From an uncultured Flavobacteriales bacterium (GTDB lineage: Bacteria > Bacteroidota > Bacteroidia > Palsa-965), in contig CAIQQJ010000043.1 of NCBI GenBank assembly GCA_903873905.1, positions 4,426 to 68,425 of the forward strand: DNA of 64,000 bases, written 5' to 3'. Position numbers and translations under genes: made by a program. Position 1 is the first letter of the stretch. Each line of letters begins with the position of its first letter. This document shows, piece by piece, positions 9,824 to 18,937 of this stretch. The notes beneath the pieces are model-generated. The model was given only the letters and a program-made list of their open reading frames with translations. It did no database searches and was not told where the DNA came from.

Positions 9824-10777
9824 ATGCTAAAGCGTGTTGTTATTGCTCTAGGTCTGATTGTCACTGCTGGTTTAGGCGATCTGAAAGCTCAGGATCCTGA
9901 GTTTACTCAGTTCTATGCCAATCCACTGTACCTCAACCCCGCATTTGCCGGAACAGCTCGTTGTCCGCGAATTTGTTTGAACTATCGTAATCAGTGGCCT
10001 GGAATTTCCGGAACCTTTGTTACCTATAGCGCTTCATACGATCAGCATATTGACGGAATTGCCGGTGGTCTGGGATTCTTAATGACCAATGACCGAGCAG
10101 GCCAAGCTACCATTAACACTACGAACATCAGTGGGATGTATTCTTACCAATTGAATATTACCCGCGAATTCTCCATTAAGGTTGGCCTTCAAGCTACTTA
10201 TATGCAGAAATCTGTAGACTGGAATAAATTGAATTTTGGTGATATGATTGATCCTCGTCGTGGATTTATTTACAACACGAATGAAGTTCCAAACATCACA
10301 AGTAAAACAAACGTTGATTTTTCTGCAGGTTTATTAGGTTACAGCCGTCGTTATTTCTTTGGTTTCGCTGTTCATCACATCACTGAACCAGATGAAGGAT
10401 TCCTGGGCGTTTCAAAACTTCCAATGAAATATACAGGACATGCAGGTGCTGTTATTCCATTAGGAGGTCGTTATGGAGAGTCAAGTATTTCTCCGAACAT
10501 CCTTTTCCAGAAACAACAAGATTTCCAACAACTCAACCTTGGTCTTTATTTTACTAAAGGTCCAATTGTGGGAGGTATTTGGTATCGCAATCAGGATTCA
10601 TTTATTCTTCTGATTGGTTTCCAACAGGACCTTTTCAAATTTGGTTACAGTTACGATGTTACAGTATCCAAATTGACAAACGCAACGGCAGGTTCACATG
10701 AACTTTCTTTTCAGATGCAGTTCCAATGCAAGCCTAAAAAGAAGAAATTCCGTACCGTAAGTTGTCCATCATTCTAA
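9824..10777 (+). CDS. PorP/SprF-family type IX secretion membrane protein
   Basis: 'AQDPEFTQFYANPLYLNPAFAG' is the family's N-terminal signature. ATG 9824 gives a normal signal peptide; the track ORF starts at TTG 9794. Confidence 0.85.
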   Translation: MLKRVVIALGLIVTAGLGDLKAQDPEFTQFYANPLYLNPAFAGTARCPRICLNYRNQWPGISGTFVTYSASYDQHIDGIAGGLGFLMTNDRAGQATINTTNISGMYSYQLNITREFSIKVGLQATYMQKSVDWNKLNFGDMIDPRRGFIYNTNEVPNITSKTNVDFSAGLLGYSRRYFFGFAVHHITEPDEGFLGVSKLPMKYTGHAGAVIPLGGRYGESSISPNILFQKQQDFQQLNLGLYFTKGPIVGGIWYRNQDSFILLIGFQQDLFKFGYSYDVTVSKLTNATAGSHELSFQMQFQCKPKKKKFRTVSCPSF

Positions 10778-10870
10778 TTGTTCTGAAAATATTTTTGGAA
10801 CCACATGTATCAAAAGGGAAAATTGACGTTATACATTAAAGGGAAATCTATTACACTCAAAAAAGTAATC

Positions 10871-12403
10871 ATGAAGAAAGCAGCGATGCCGTTGATGCTT
10901 ATTGCAGGAATATCCTTACTGGCCTCTTGCCAGAAAGAACGTTCTAATGTAACAGGCTGGAACTACAACGACCCGAACAATGGCGGTTTTGAGGTTGTAC
11001 CTTACGAAGAACAGGAAACAGGCCCAGGTCTGGTGTTCATTGAAGGTGGAACTTTCACAATGGGCCGAGTAGAACAAGATGTAAATTACGATTGGAATAA
11101 CCAGCCTCGCAGAGTGACTGTTTCATCTTTCTATATGGATGAAACCGAAGTTCGCAACTTGGATTATCTCGAGTATTTGTATTGGACCGACCGTGTTTTC
11201 CAGGCTGACTATCCTGAAATTTACACAGGTGCCTTACCTGACACCCTAGTTTGGCGTGAGAAACTTGCCTACAATGAACCGTATGTACTGTATTACCTGC
11301 GTCACCCTTCGTTCAGGGATTATCCTGTTGTTGGAGTCAACTGGTTGCAAGCAAACAATTTCTGTAGCTGGCGCTCTGATCGCGTAAATGAATTCATTCT
11401 TATTCGTGAAGGTGTCCTTGATTTCGCACCTGATCAAGTAAACGAAGCAACTTTTAATACTGACCATTATCTGGCTGGTACAAAAGCTAACAATCCTTAT
11501 GTAGGAAACGTGGTTCAAAATATTCCAAGCTTAAATCCTACTGGTCCTGAAGATCGTATGGTTCGTATGGAAGATGGAATTCTGCTTCCGAAATACCGTC
11601 TTCCAACAGAAGCGGAATGGGAATATGCTGCATATGGTTTAATCGGAAATACAATTGGTGAGCGTATCACAGACCGCCGTCTATATCCTTGGAATGGTCA
11701 TGCTGTTCGTAATCCAAACGAAGAATACATTGGTCAAATGCAAGCCAACTTCAAGCGTTCTAATGGTGACAACATGGGTACCGCAGGAATGTTGAATGAC
11801 GCCGCTGACATTACATCTCCTGTTTATTCTTATTGGCCAAACGACTATGGTTTATACAACATGGCAGGTAACGTTTCTGAGTGGGTACTTGATGTTTATC
11901 GTCCTTTGAGTGAAACTGATGATGATGATTTCCGCTCATTCCGTGGAAACGTTTTCCAGACACAATTGGAAGATTCTTTGACTCCAGGAACTTATGCGGT
12001 TGAGGATTCTGTTCGATATGACAAAGACAGCAATATCGTTTCAATTCCAGGTGCGATTCGTTACCGTCAAGTGAACATAGCATACAAAGAAGACAAACTT
12101 GACAAACGTCGTAATTACAAATACGCTGATAACATCAACTACAATGATGGCGATGGACAATCATCCGTATACTTTGGAGACCCTGCTGGTGTTAATGCCA
12201 ACAAACTGATGTATGAGTTTGGAATTACCTCTCTAATAAATGACAAAGCCCACGTTTTCAAAGGTGGCTCATGGCATGACCGTGCTTACTGGATGGTACC
12301 TGGAACTCGTAGATTCCTAGATCAAAATCAAGCTACTGCTTACCTCGGATTCCGTTGTGCGATGGATCGAGTAGGAAGTCCAGTTGGCCTTGGTGGAAAA
12401 TAA
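10871..12403 (+). CDS. gldJ: gliding motility lipoprotein GldJ (SUMF1/FGE-like domain)
   Basis: Lipoprotein signal MKKAAMPLMLIAGISLLASC. Sulfatase-modifying-factor-like motifs ('RVTVSSFYMDETEV', 'VVGVNWLQANNFC', 'NMAGNVSEWV', 'KGGSWHDRAYW'). Adjacent to murF, as in Flavobacterium. Confidence 0.85.
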   Translation: MKKAAMPLMLIAGISLLASCQKERSNVTGWNYNDPNNGGFEVVPYEEQETGPGLVFIEGGTFTMGRVEQDVNYDWNNQPRRVTVSSFYMDETEVRNLDYLEYLYWTDRVFQADYPEIYTGALPDTLVWREKLAYNEPYVLYYLRHPSFRDYPVVGVNWLQANNFCSWRSDRVNEFILIREGVLDFAPDQVNEATFNTDHYLAGTKANNPYVGNVVQNIPSLNPTGPEDRMVRMEDGILLPKYRLPTEAEWEYAAYGLIGNTIGERITDRRLYPWNGHAVRNPNEEYIGQMQANFKRSNGDNMGTAGMLNDAADITSPVYSYWPNDYGLYNMAGNVSEWVLDVYRPLSETDDDDFRSFRGNVFQTQLEDSLTPGTYAVEDSVRYDKDSNIVSIPGAIRYRQVNIAYKEDKLDKRRNYKYADNINYNDGDGQSSVYFGDPAGVNANKLMYEFGITSLINDKAHVFKGGSWHDRAYWMVPGTRRFLDQNQATAYLGFRCAMDRVGSPVGLGGK

Positions 12404-12423
12404 TTTGTGAATCACAAATATTC

Positions 12424-12459
12424 GACGCTCTAGGTTTCTAACTTAGAGCGTCTTTTTTT
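12424..12459 (+). terminator. intrinsic terminator of gldJ
   Basis: GACGCTCTA-(11 nt)-TAGAGCGTC, a perfect 9-bp stem, followed by T7. Confidence 0.85.
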
Positions 12460-12491
12460 GCTACTATTCTTAAAGCTTCGTAGCACGCAAT

Positions 12492-13811
12492 ATGATTAAT
12501 TCCTCAACTGAAAAACTTTATCAACTTTTCCTCCGGCATCCACAAGTTTGCACGGACACACGGAATGTCATTCCTGGAAGCATCTACTTTGCATTGAAGG
12601 GTGGAAATTTCAATGGAAATCTATTTGCCGAAGAGGCCTTATCAAAAGGAGCAGCATTTGCGGTTGTAGATGAAAAGGAATTTGTACGCAATGAAAAATA
12701 TTTTCTTGTTGATGATGTGCTGAGTGCTTTACAAAATCTTGCACGGTATCACCGACAAATTTTGGGGCAAAAGAAATTGCGTGTTTTTGCCTTGACAGGA
12801 AGCAACGGAAAAACAACAACGAAGGAATTGCTTGCGCGTGTACTTTCCAAAAAATTCAAAACACTTTTTACGCAGGGAAATCTGAACAATCATATTGGTG
12901 TTCCGTTGACTTTACTTCAACTCACGGATGAACATGAAATGGCGGTGATTGAAATGGGCGCGAATCACCAGAAAGAAATTGAATTGTTGTGTTCAATTGC
13001 AGAGCCAGATTTCGGATTGATTACGAATATAGGACTTGCGCATTTGGAAGGATTCGGTGGACCGGAAGGAGTTTTCATTGGGAAAATGGAACTTTTTGTT
13101 GCACTCGAAAAGCGCGGAGGAACAGCATTGGTTTTTTCGGATGATGAAAGAATTGTGGAGCGCGCAAAATCATTGAAACATATTTCTTACGGAACAAATG
13201 AAAATGCAGAAGTGAAAGGAAAATTAATTGCGTCCGATCCATTTGTGCGATTTGCGTGGCAGACAAAAGAAATTTCAAATCATGAAGTGCAGACACAGAT
13301 GGTGGGAAATTATAACCTTTCGAATTTGATTGCGGCGTGTGCAACTGGATATTATTTCAAAATTGATGTGGAGGAAATTGATGACGCAATTGCTTCGTAC
13401 TCGCCCGACAACAATCGTTCGCAAGTGGTGAAGTGTGGAACGAATACATTGTTACTGGATGCATACAATGCAAATCCTTCAAGCATGCGTGCGGCGATTG
13501 AAAACATTTCCAAAATGAAAGGCGCAAAAAAAATGCTTGTTCTTGGCGACATGTTTGAATTGGGGGAAACGAGTCAGAAGGAACATCAATACATTGTAAA
13601 TCTCATTGGAGAATTGATTCCTGACTCGACAGTTGTGCTTGTTGGAGAATTGTTTTCAAAAACGAAATACCGATTCAACTCCATTAAATTTTCGGATTCA
13701 AAATCGGCTGCGGAATGGATGAAGAATAATTTGCCGGAGAATTCATTGATTTTAATAAAAGGTTCTAGGGGAATGAAGATGGAACAATGTGCTAATGTGC
13801 TAATGTGCTAG
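12492..13811 (+). CDS. murF: UDP-N-acetylmuramoyl-tripeptide--D-alanyl-D-alanine ligase
   Basis: 439 aa. 'ALTGSNGKTTTKE' P-loop and 'LLDAYNANPSSM', the Mur ligase architecture. Confidence 0.9.
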   Translation: MINSSTEKLYQLFLRHPQVCTDTRNVIPGSIYFALKGGNFNGNLFAEEALSKGAAFAVVDEKEFVRNEKYFLVDDVLSALQNLARYHRQILGQKKLRVFALTGSNGKTTTKELLARVLSKKFKTLFTQGNLNNHIGVPLTLLQLTDEHEMAVIEMGANHQKEIELLCSIAEPDFGLITNIGLAHLEGFGGPEGVFIGKMELFVALEKRGGTALVFSDDERIVERAKSLKHISYGTNENAEVKGKLIASDPFVRFAWQTKEISNHEVQTQMVGNYNLSNLIAACATGYYFKIDVEEIDDAIASYSPDNNRSQVVKCGTNTLLLDAYNANPSSMRAAIENISKMKGAKKMLVLGDMFELGETSQKEHQYIVNLIGELIPDSTVVLVGELFSKTKYRFNSIKFSDSKSAAEWMKNNLPENSLILIKGSRGMKMEQCANVLMC

Positions 13812-13916
13812 TGAAAAATTACAATTTATCAGATTACAGATTACCAATTGTTGCGCTCCAAAAAAAACACGGAGACACACTCCCGAAGCCTCGGGAGGCA
13901 CAGAGAAAATTATTCA

Positions 13917-13946
13917 TAAAAAAAGGTCGATCAATTATGACCAACC
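13917..13946 (-). terminator. intrinsic terminator of the acyl-CoA dehydrogenase gene
   Basis: Minus-strand RNA GGUUGGUC-AUAAUU-GAUCGACC (8 bp including 2 G.U) followed by U8. The stem is much weaker on the plus strand. Confidence 0.65.
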
Positions 13947-14006
13947 TTTTATAATTACAAATTGTCAGACTGAGTAGTGACGCAGGAGTGTATCGAAGGC
14001 CGATAA

Positions 14007-15182
14007 TTATCCCAATACACTTCTTGAAATAACGATTTTCTGAACTTCACTTGTGCCTTCATAAATCTGTGTAATTTTTGCGTCGCGCATTAAACGCTCT
14101 ACGTGATATTCTTTTACGTAACCGTAACCGCCGTGAATTTGAACTGCTTCAGTTGTTACCCACATGGCAACGCGGGATGCGAAAAGTTTTGCCATTGCGC
14201 TCGACAATCCGTAATCCATGTGCATGTCTTTGTGCCAAGCGGCTTTCAAACAAAGCAAACGCGCAGCTTCGATTTCAGTTGCCATATCAGCCAATTTGAA
14301 AGCGACTGATTGGTGTTCGTGAATTGGTTTTCCAAATGCTTTTCTTTCTTTAGAATAAGCAAGTGCAAGTTCGTATGCGCCTGATGCAATTCCCAATGCT
14401 TGTGATGCGATACCGATTCTTCCGCCAGTCAATGTTTTCATTGCGAACTTGAATCCGAATCCGTCTTCACCAATTCTATTTTCTTTTGGAACTTTCACAT
14501 CGGTGAACATCAATGAATGTGTGTCACTTCCGCGAATTCCCATTTTATTTTCTTTCGGTCCGACAACAAAACCAGGCATTCCTTTTTCTATAATGAATGC
14601 ATTGATTCCTTTGTGACCCTTTTCAACATGCGTTTGTGCAATGACCAAATAAACTGAAGCGCTACTTCCGTTTGTAATCCAGTTTTTTGTTCCGTTCAAT
14701 AAATAATGATCGCCTTTATCAATTGCGGTGGTACGTTGTGAAGTTGCATCAGAACCAGCTTCTGGTTCAGACAAACAAAACGCTCCAATGATTTCTCCTT
14801 TTGCAAGTGGAACCAAATATTTTTGTTTTTGCTCTTCAGTACCGAATGTTTGCAATCCCCAACAAACGAGTGAATTGTTTACAGACATTACCACAGAACA
14901 GGAAGCATCTACTTTGGAAATTTCTTCCATCGCCAATACATATGAAATTGTATCCATTCCACCACCACCATATTTCGGATCGACCATCATTCCTAAAAAT
15001 CCGAGTTCAGCCATCATCTTGATTTGCTCTTTCGGGAATTTCTGATTTTCGTCGCGGTCAATAACGCCGGGTTTTAATTCATTCTGCGCAAAATCGCGTG
15101 CAGCTTTTTGAATCATCAAATGTTCCTCCGAAAGTTCGAAATTGAGACCTTGAGAAACGTTGTGTAATGTGTTAGTTTCCAT
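14007..15182 (-). CDS. acyl-CoA dehydrogenase (short/medium-chain type)
   Basis: 391 aa. 'FCLSEPEAGSDA', 'NGTKNWITNG' and 'QIYEGTSEVQ' are ACAD family motifs. Confidence 0.9.
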   Translation of the reverse strand: METNTLHNVSQGLNFELSEEHLMIQKAARDFAQNELKPGVIDRDENQKFPKEQIKMMAELGFLGMMVDPKYGGGGMDTISYVLAMEEISKVDASCSVVMSVNNSLVCWGLQTFGTEEQKQKYLVPLAKGEIIGAFCLSEPEAGSDATSQRTTAIDKGDHYLLNGTKNWITNGSSASVYLVIAQTHVEKGHKGINAFIIEKGMPGFVVGPKENKMGIRGSDTHSLMFTDVKVPKENRIGEDGFGFKFAMKTLTGGRIGIASQALGIASGAYELALAYSKERKAFGKPIHEHQSVAFKLADMATEIEAARLLCLKAAWHKDMHMDYGLSSAMAKLFASRVAMWVTTEAVQIHGGYGYVKEYHVERLMRDAKITQIYEGTSEVQKIVISRSVLG

Positions 15183-15329
15183 GGCGGCAAATATAATGTT
15201 TAACAGGCAAAATGCTATTCAAATTGAGTATGAATTGCGAATTTTTACAAATCTGCGAATGAGAATTTAATTGGCCGTAATTTGTAGTTCGTAGATTCGG
15301 TTTTTTATTCGTAATTCGTACTCAATAGT

Positions 15330-16388
15330 ATGATAAAGATTTCAGAAACTCGTGTTATTGGACTTATGTCAGGAACATCGCTCGATGGACTGGACATTTG
15401 CCTTGCTCGGTATATTAATGAGGAAGATCATTTTCGCTATGAAATTGAATTTGCACAGACTGTGGAATACTCTGCCGAATGGATTGAAAAATTGATTGCT
15501 GCGGAAAAGACTTCCGGAAAGGAATTGCTTCAACTGCATTCAGAATACGGAAAATATCTTGGTGAATGTGTTATTGCATTTCTGAAAAAACACAAATCAG
15601 AAAAACCTCTTTTTGTAGCATCACACGGACACACCATTTTTCATCAACCGCAATTTGGATTCACTTTTCAATTGGGATCGGGAGCTGCACTTTCTGCTGC
15701 TTGTGAAATTCCTGTTGTTTGCGATTTCCGTTCGCTTGATGTGGCGCTCGGTGGTCAAGGCGCGCCACTGGTTCCCATTGGTGATGCACTCCTTTTCAGT
15801 GATTACGATTATTGTTTAAACCTTGGGGGATTTGCAAACATTTCATTTGAGGAAAATGGAAAAAGAATTGCATTTGACATTTGTGCAGTGAATTATGTTT
15901 TGAATTATTTGACAAAAAGATTGGGTAAGCCCTATGATGAGGGTGGCCAAATATCTGCATCAGGGAAAATCATTCCTAAAATTCTAGAACAACTAAATGC
16001 CCTCGCCTACTTTAAAAAACCAGCTCCTAAATCTCTTGGTCGTGAATGGGTAGAGTTGACAATTTTCCCTTTGCTTTCAGAAAAAGAAAAAACACAAGAT
16101 TTACTGCGAACTTTTACCGAACACGCAGTTGAACAAATTTCGAATTCCATTGGTAAAAACGGTAAATTATTTGTCACGGGCGGTGGGACGCACAATACTT
16201 TTTTTCTTCAATTATTGAGGGAAAAATGCAAATCCGAAATTGTTGTTCCTGATTCCAAAACAATCGATTTCAAGGAGGCTTTGATTTTCGGATTTTTAGG
16301 TTTACTAAGATGGAACAATCAGATCAACACCTTGGCGAGTGTAACGGGGGCGAAAAGAGACAGCAGCGGAGGAATAATTTTTTACTAA
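15330..16388 (+). CDS. anmK: anhydro-N-acetylmuramic acid kinase
   Basis: 352 aa. 'IGLMSGTSLDGLD' N-terminus and 'LGGQGAPLVP'. Confidence 0.9.
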   Translation: MIKISETRVIGLMSGTSLDGLDICLARYINEEDHFRYEIEFAQTVEYSAEWIEKLIAAEKTSGKELLQLHSEYGKYLGECVIAFLKKHKSEKPLFVASHGHTIFHQPQFGFTFQLGSGAALSAACEIPVVCDFRSLDVALGGQGAPLVPIGDALLFSDYDYCLNLGGFANISFEENGKRIAFDICAVNYVLNYLTKRLGKPYDEGGQISASGKIIPKILEQLNALAYFKKPAPKSLGREWVELTIFPLLSEKEKTQDLLRTFTEHAVEQISNSIGKNGKLFVTGGGTHNTFFLQLLREKCKSEIVVPDSKTIDFKEALIFGFLGLLRWNNQINTLASVTGAKRDSSGGIIFY

Positions 16389-16440
16389 AAATTCAAGTTT
16401 CTGTACTGATTTCTCAAAAGATTCAACTAGAAAGAAATAA

Positions 16441-16476
16441 AAAAATCCGATCAAAAAGATCGGATTTTCATTTTTT
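16441..16476. terminator. bidirectional intrinsic terminator between convergent genes
   Basis: AATCCGATC-AAAAA-GATCGGATT, a perfect 9-bp stem, flanked by an A-run upstream and a T-run downstream. It can therefore serve anmK (+) and the acidic-protein gene (-). Confidence 0.75.
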
Positions 16477-16565
16477 CTATTCTGTTTTTTTGTCAGACTG
16501 CGTATCGTGTCAGGGGAAAAGCTTATTTGAAAAACAAAAATTATTCTGACGAGATGTATCGAAGT

Positions 16566-16853
16566 CTAGAAATTGTCTTCTTCGAAAAATGGTTCCTCAT
16601 CATCATCGCTGTCGAGGTTATCAATATCAATTTCTTCGAGTTTGATTTTTTTGTCATCCACCTCATCAGCATCATCATCTTCCTCCGATTTTTCGAAATC
16701 ATCCTCAGGAACATCATCGTCCTCTTCAGCTTCTTCAGCAGGTACATCCTCCTCGTCTTCATCGAAACTTTTCTTCTTCGATTTTTTTTCAACGATACCC
16801 TCACCGCTAATAGCAGTTTTGGTTTCTTTCGGCAGCTTGTTTTGTTTTTTCAC
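16566..16853 (-). CDS. small protein with a basic head and an extremely acidic tail, unknown function
   Basis: 95 aa. K-rich first ~30 residues, then by my count about 39 D/E in the last 66 residues. Chosen from four mutually overlapping ORFs because of the terminator placement and two TAnnTTTG-type boxes upstream on this strand (plus-strand CAAAAATA at about 16912 and 16931). Confidence 0.5.
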   Translation of the reverse strand: MKKQNKLPKETKTAISGEGIVEKKSKKKSFDEDEEDVPAEEAEEDDDVPEDDFEKSEEDDDADEVDDKKIKLEEIDIDNLDSDDDEEPFFEEDNF

Positions 16854-16998
16854 AGTGTAATGAATCTTATATCGTAAAGTTAGAAAGGTTTTTTGGTTTG
16901 CAATAAATACAACAAAAATATTTTTTTGCCCAAAAATATTTCAGCCCTGATTTAAAAAGATTCATTTCGTACTTTAGCCGCCTAAATCCTTTTGAAGA

Positions 16999-18219
16999 AT
17001 GAAAGAATTACTCGCAACTTACGAAAATAAAAAACCTGAAATTGTTTTTGAATGGAAAGATTCTGAAACAGATGCCGAAGGTTGGATTGTCATTAACTCA
17101 TTGCGAGGAGGTGCTGCTGGTGGTGGGACGCGTATGCGAAAAGGACTTGATCGTCGTGAAGTGGAGTCACTTGCAAAAACAATGGAAGTGAAATTTACTG
17201 TTGCTGGTCCTCCAATTGGTGGAGCAAAATCAGGTATTAATTTCGATCCTGCTGATCCTCGTCGAAAAGGCGTTTTGGAAAGATGGTTCAAAGCAGTAAT
17301 GCCCTTGCTCAAAAATTATTACGGAACTGGCGGCGATTTGAACGTTGACGAAATTCATGATGTAATTGCCATTACCCAACAATACGGATTGTTGCATCCA
17401 CAGGAAGGTGTTGTGCGCGGACATTTTGGCGCTGGCGATGCCATTGCCTCCAAACGCATTGAGCAACTGCGAGAAGGTGTTGTCAAAAAAGTGGTGGACA
17501 AGAATTATGTGCCTGTTGAAGGGTTGACTGTCGCTGATATGATTACCGGTTATGGCGTTGCCGAATCGGTGAAACACAATTATGACATTTGGGGTGGAGA
17601 TGTAAAAGGCAAACGTGTGATTATTCAGGGTTGGGGAAATGTTGCTTCTTCCGCTGCTTATTATTTGTCACAAATGGGTGCGCTCATTACTGGAATCATT
17701 GATCGTGAAGGTGGACTCATGAATGCAAAAGGATTTTCTTTTGCAGAAGTGACAAAATTATTTAACGATAAAAAAGCAAATAAACTTGTTGCAGATAATT
17801 TGCTCTCGGTTGAAGACACAAAAAAACTGGTGTGGTCATGTGGCGCAGAAATTTTTATTCCTGCTGCTGCTTCACGCCTTGTTACCAGAGAACAATTGGA
17901 TATAATGATTGAAAACGGACTCGAAGTGATCGCATGTGGCGCCAATGTTCCTTTTGCAGATAAAGAAATATTTTTTGGGCCAATCGGTGAATATGCAGAT
18001 GAGCGCGTGAGTTTGATTCCTGATTTTATTGCCAATTGTGGAATGGCTAGAGTATTTGCCTATCTCATGCAGGAAGATGCTGTGTTAACTGATGAGGCAA
18101 TTTTTAATGACGTTTCAGTCATCATTAAAAAAGCACTCGAAAAAACGCACGCTGCCAATCCTGGCAAAACACATATTGCAAAAGCAGCTTTTCGAATTGC
18201 TCTGAAACAACTTCTTTAG
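16999..18219 (+). CDS. Glu/Leu/Phe/Val-family amino-acid dehydrogenase
   Basis: 406 aa. 'GGAAGGGTRM', 'PIGGAKSGINFDP' (catalytic Lys box) and a Rossmann 'IQGWGNVASSAA'. Confidence 0.85.
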   Translation: MKELLATYENKKPEIVFEWKDSETDAEGWIVINSLRGGAAGGGTRMRKGLDRREVESLAKTMEVKFTVAGPPIGGAKSGINFDPADPRRKGVLERWFKAVMPLLKNYYGTGGDLNVDEIHDVIAITQQYGLLHPQEGVVRGHFGAGDAIASKRIEQLREGVVKKVVDKNYVPVEGLTVADMITGYGVAESVKHNYDIWGGDVKGKRVIIQGWGNVASSAAYYLSQMGALITGIIDREGGLMNAKGFSFAEVTKLFNDKKANKLVADNLLSVEDTKKLVWSCGAEIFIPAAASRLVTREQLDIMIENGLEVIACGANVPFADKEIFFGPIGEYADERVSLIPDFIANCGMARVFAYLMQEDAVLTDEAIFNDVSVIIKKALEKTHAANPGKTHIAKAAFRIALKQLL

Positions 18220-18418
18220 CCTTCGATACATTTTTGCCAACCAAACATTTCGTGTTTTCTACAAATTTGTCTTTGGCAAAAACACTCAGTCTGACAAAAA
18301 TTGAAAATTGTTCCAAGAAATCCGCATGGAAAAATATTTTGACTGCCGATTGCATAACACCGACTGAAACTATTTTTCAACTGCATCCTGCCGCTCTTTT
18401 TCCTACCGCATTTTTTTA

Positions 18419-18533
18419 GGGCGTGTCCCTCCTGCGTCGGGTCGGGCTATCCGTTCCAAGTCCTCAGCCGCAGTGTCAGGTTTGAAAACCCTACACCACG
18501 TCTTCCGGGCTTTCCTCTTCTATCCCTCACGCG
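18419..18533. other. GC-rich structured intergenic element (possible ncRNA or repeat), unassigned
   Basis: About 115 nt visibly far more GC-rich than the flanks, inside a 718-nt gene-free gap. Termini GCGTG/CACGC can pair. Contains an internal 26-nt imperfect direct repeat (18444-18469 vs 18507-18532, 17/26 identical) and a central imperfect hairpin (18473-18496). Confidence 0.3.
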
Positions 18534-18937
18534 AAAAAATCCAAGATTCAATTTAGACATGGATTCCATAATTCTATTGGAGACTTTTTTTTCTACAAGA
18601 ATTCATAATTAAATTTCAAATTTTTTATTCTTCAAATTATTTCCACTTACAACATCATCCTCGCCACATACAAAGCAAGTGTTTCCTACGTGGAACTTAC
18701 TTCTTAACGTTGCGTTATACAATTAGAAACAACATCCATCCCAAACATGATCTGAAAATTTACTCCTGCATTTGCTGAATAAATTCCGAGGGCTTCCCAT
18801 TCCCCACATTCCTCCACTCGGACGAACAATACATTCCCCATGTATTTCGCAGGTTGTTTTTTTCTGCAGAGAAAAACAAGTAAACAGATTTTTTCACTAA
18901 CCCGCTCCGATTATTTCGGAACTAAAAACCAAATCGC

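Noticed and set aside
10805-10870. N-terminal extensions of track ORFs: gldJ 10805-10870, sprF-like 9794-9823, porV 5625-5645, exbB 19989-20027, Mo subunit 28743-28787, aminotransferase 24675-24722, lyase 55316-55456.
   Set aside because: The extensions start at TTG/GTG, precede a normal signal peptide or conserved N-terminus, or run into the upstream gene. Internal ATG starts give canonical N-termini and, in two cases, ATGA coupling. These start choices remain unverified.
13880-13897. A perfect 7-bp hairpin CTCCCGA-AGCC-TCGGGAG downstream of murF as its terminator.
   Set aside because: No T-run follows it, and it sits 70 nt from the stop. It may contribute to termination or stability but does not meet the intrinsic-terminator pattern, so it is not listed as a feature.
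15241-15329. TTCGTA/CGAAT-type short repeats (e.g. ATTCGTAATTCGTA) upstream of anmK as regulator binding sites.
   Set aside because: They are very short, AT-rich and degenerate. There is no dyad or spacing regularity I could defend without comparative data.
13975-18437. A shared 10-mer GACGCAGGAG between the spacer of motif copy A (13979-13988) and the reverse strand of the GC-rich island (18428-18437), suggesting one repeat family.
   Set aside because: A single 10-mer match is well within chance expectation for all-against-all comparison of 64 kb on both strands. It was not used as evidence.
18419-18533. Assignment of the GC-rich element to SRP (4.5S) RNA or a known riboswitch.
   Set aside because: I could not find the conserved SRP helix-8 pattern (GGAA tetraloop closed as in ...GUCCGGAAGGAAGC...), nor the SAM, TPP or cobalamin core motifs on either strand. 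It is left unassigned rather than named.
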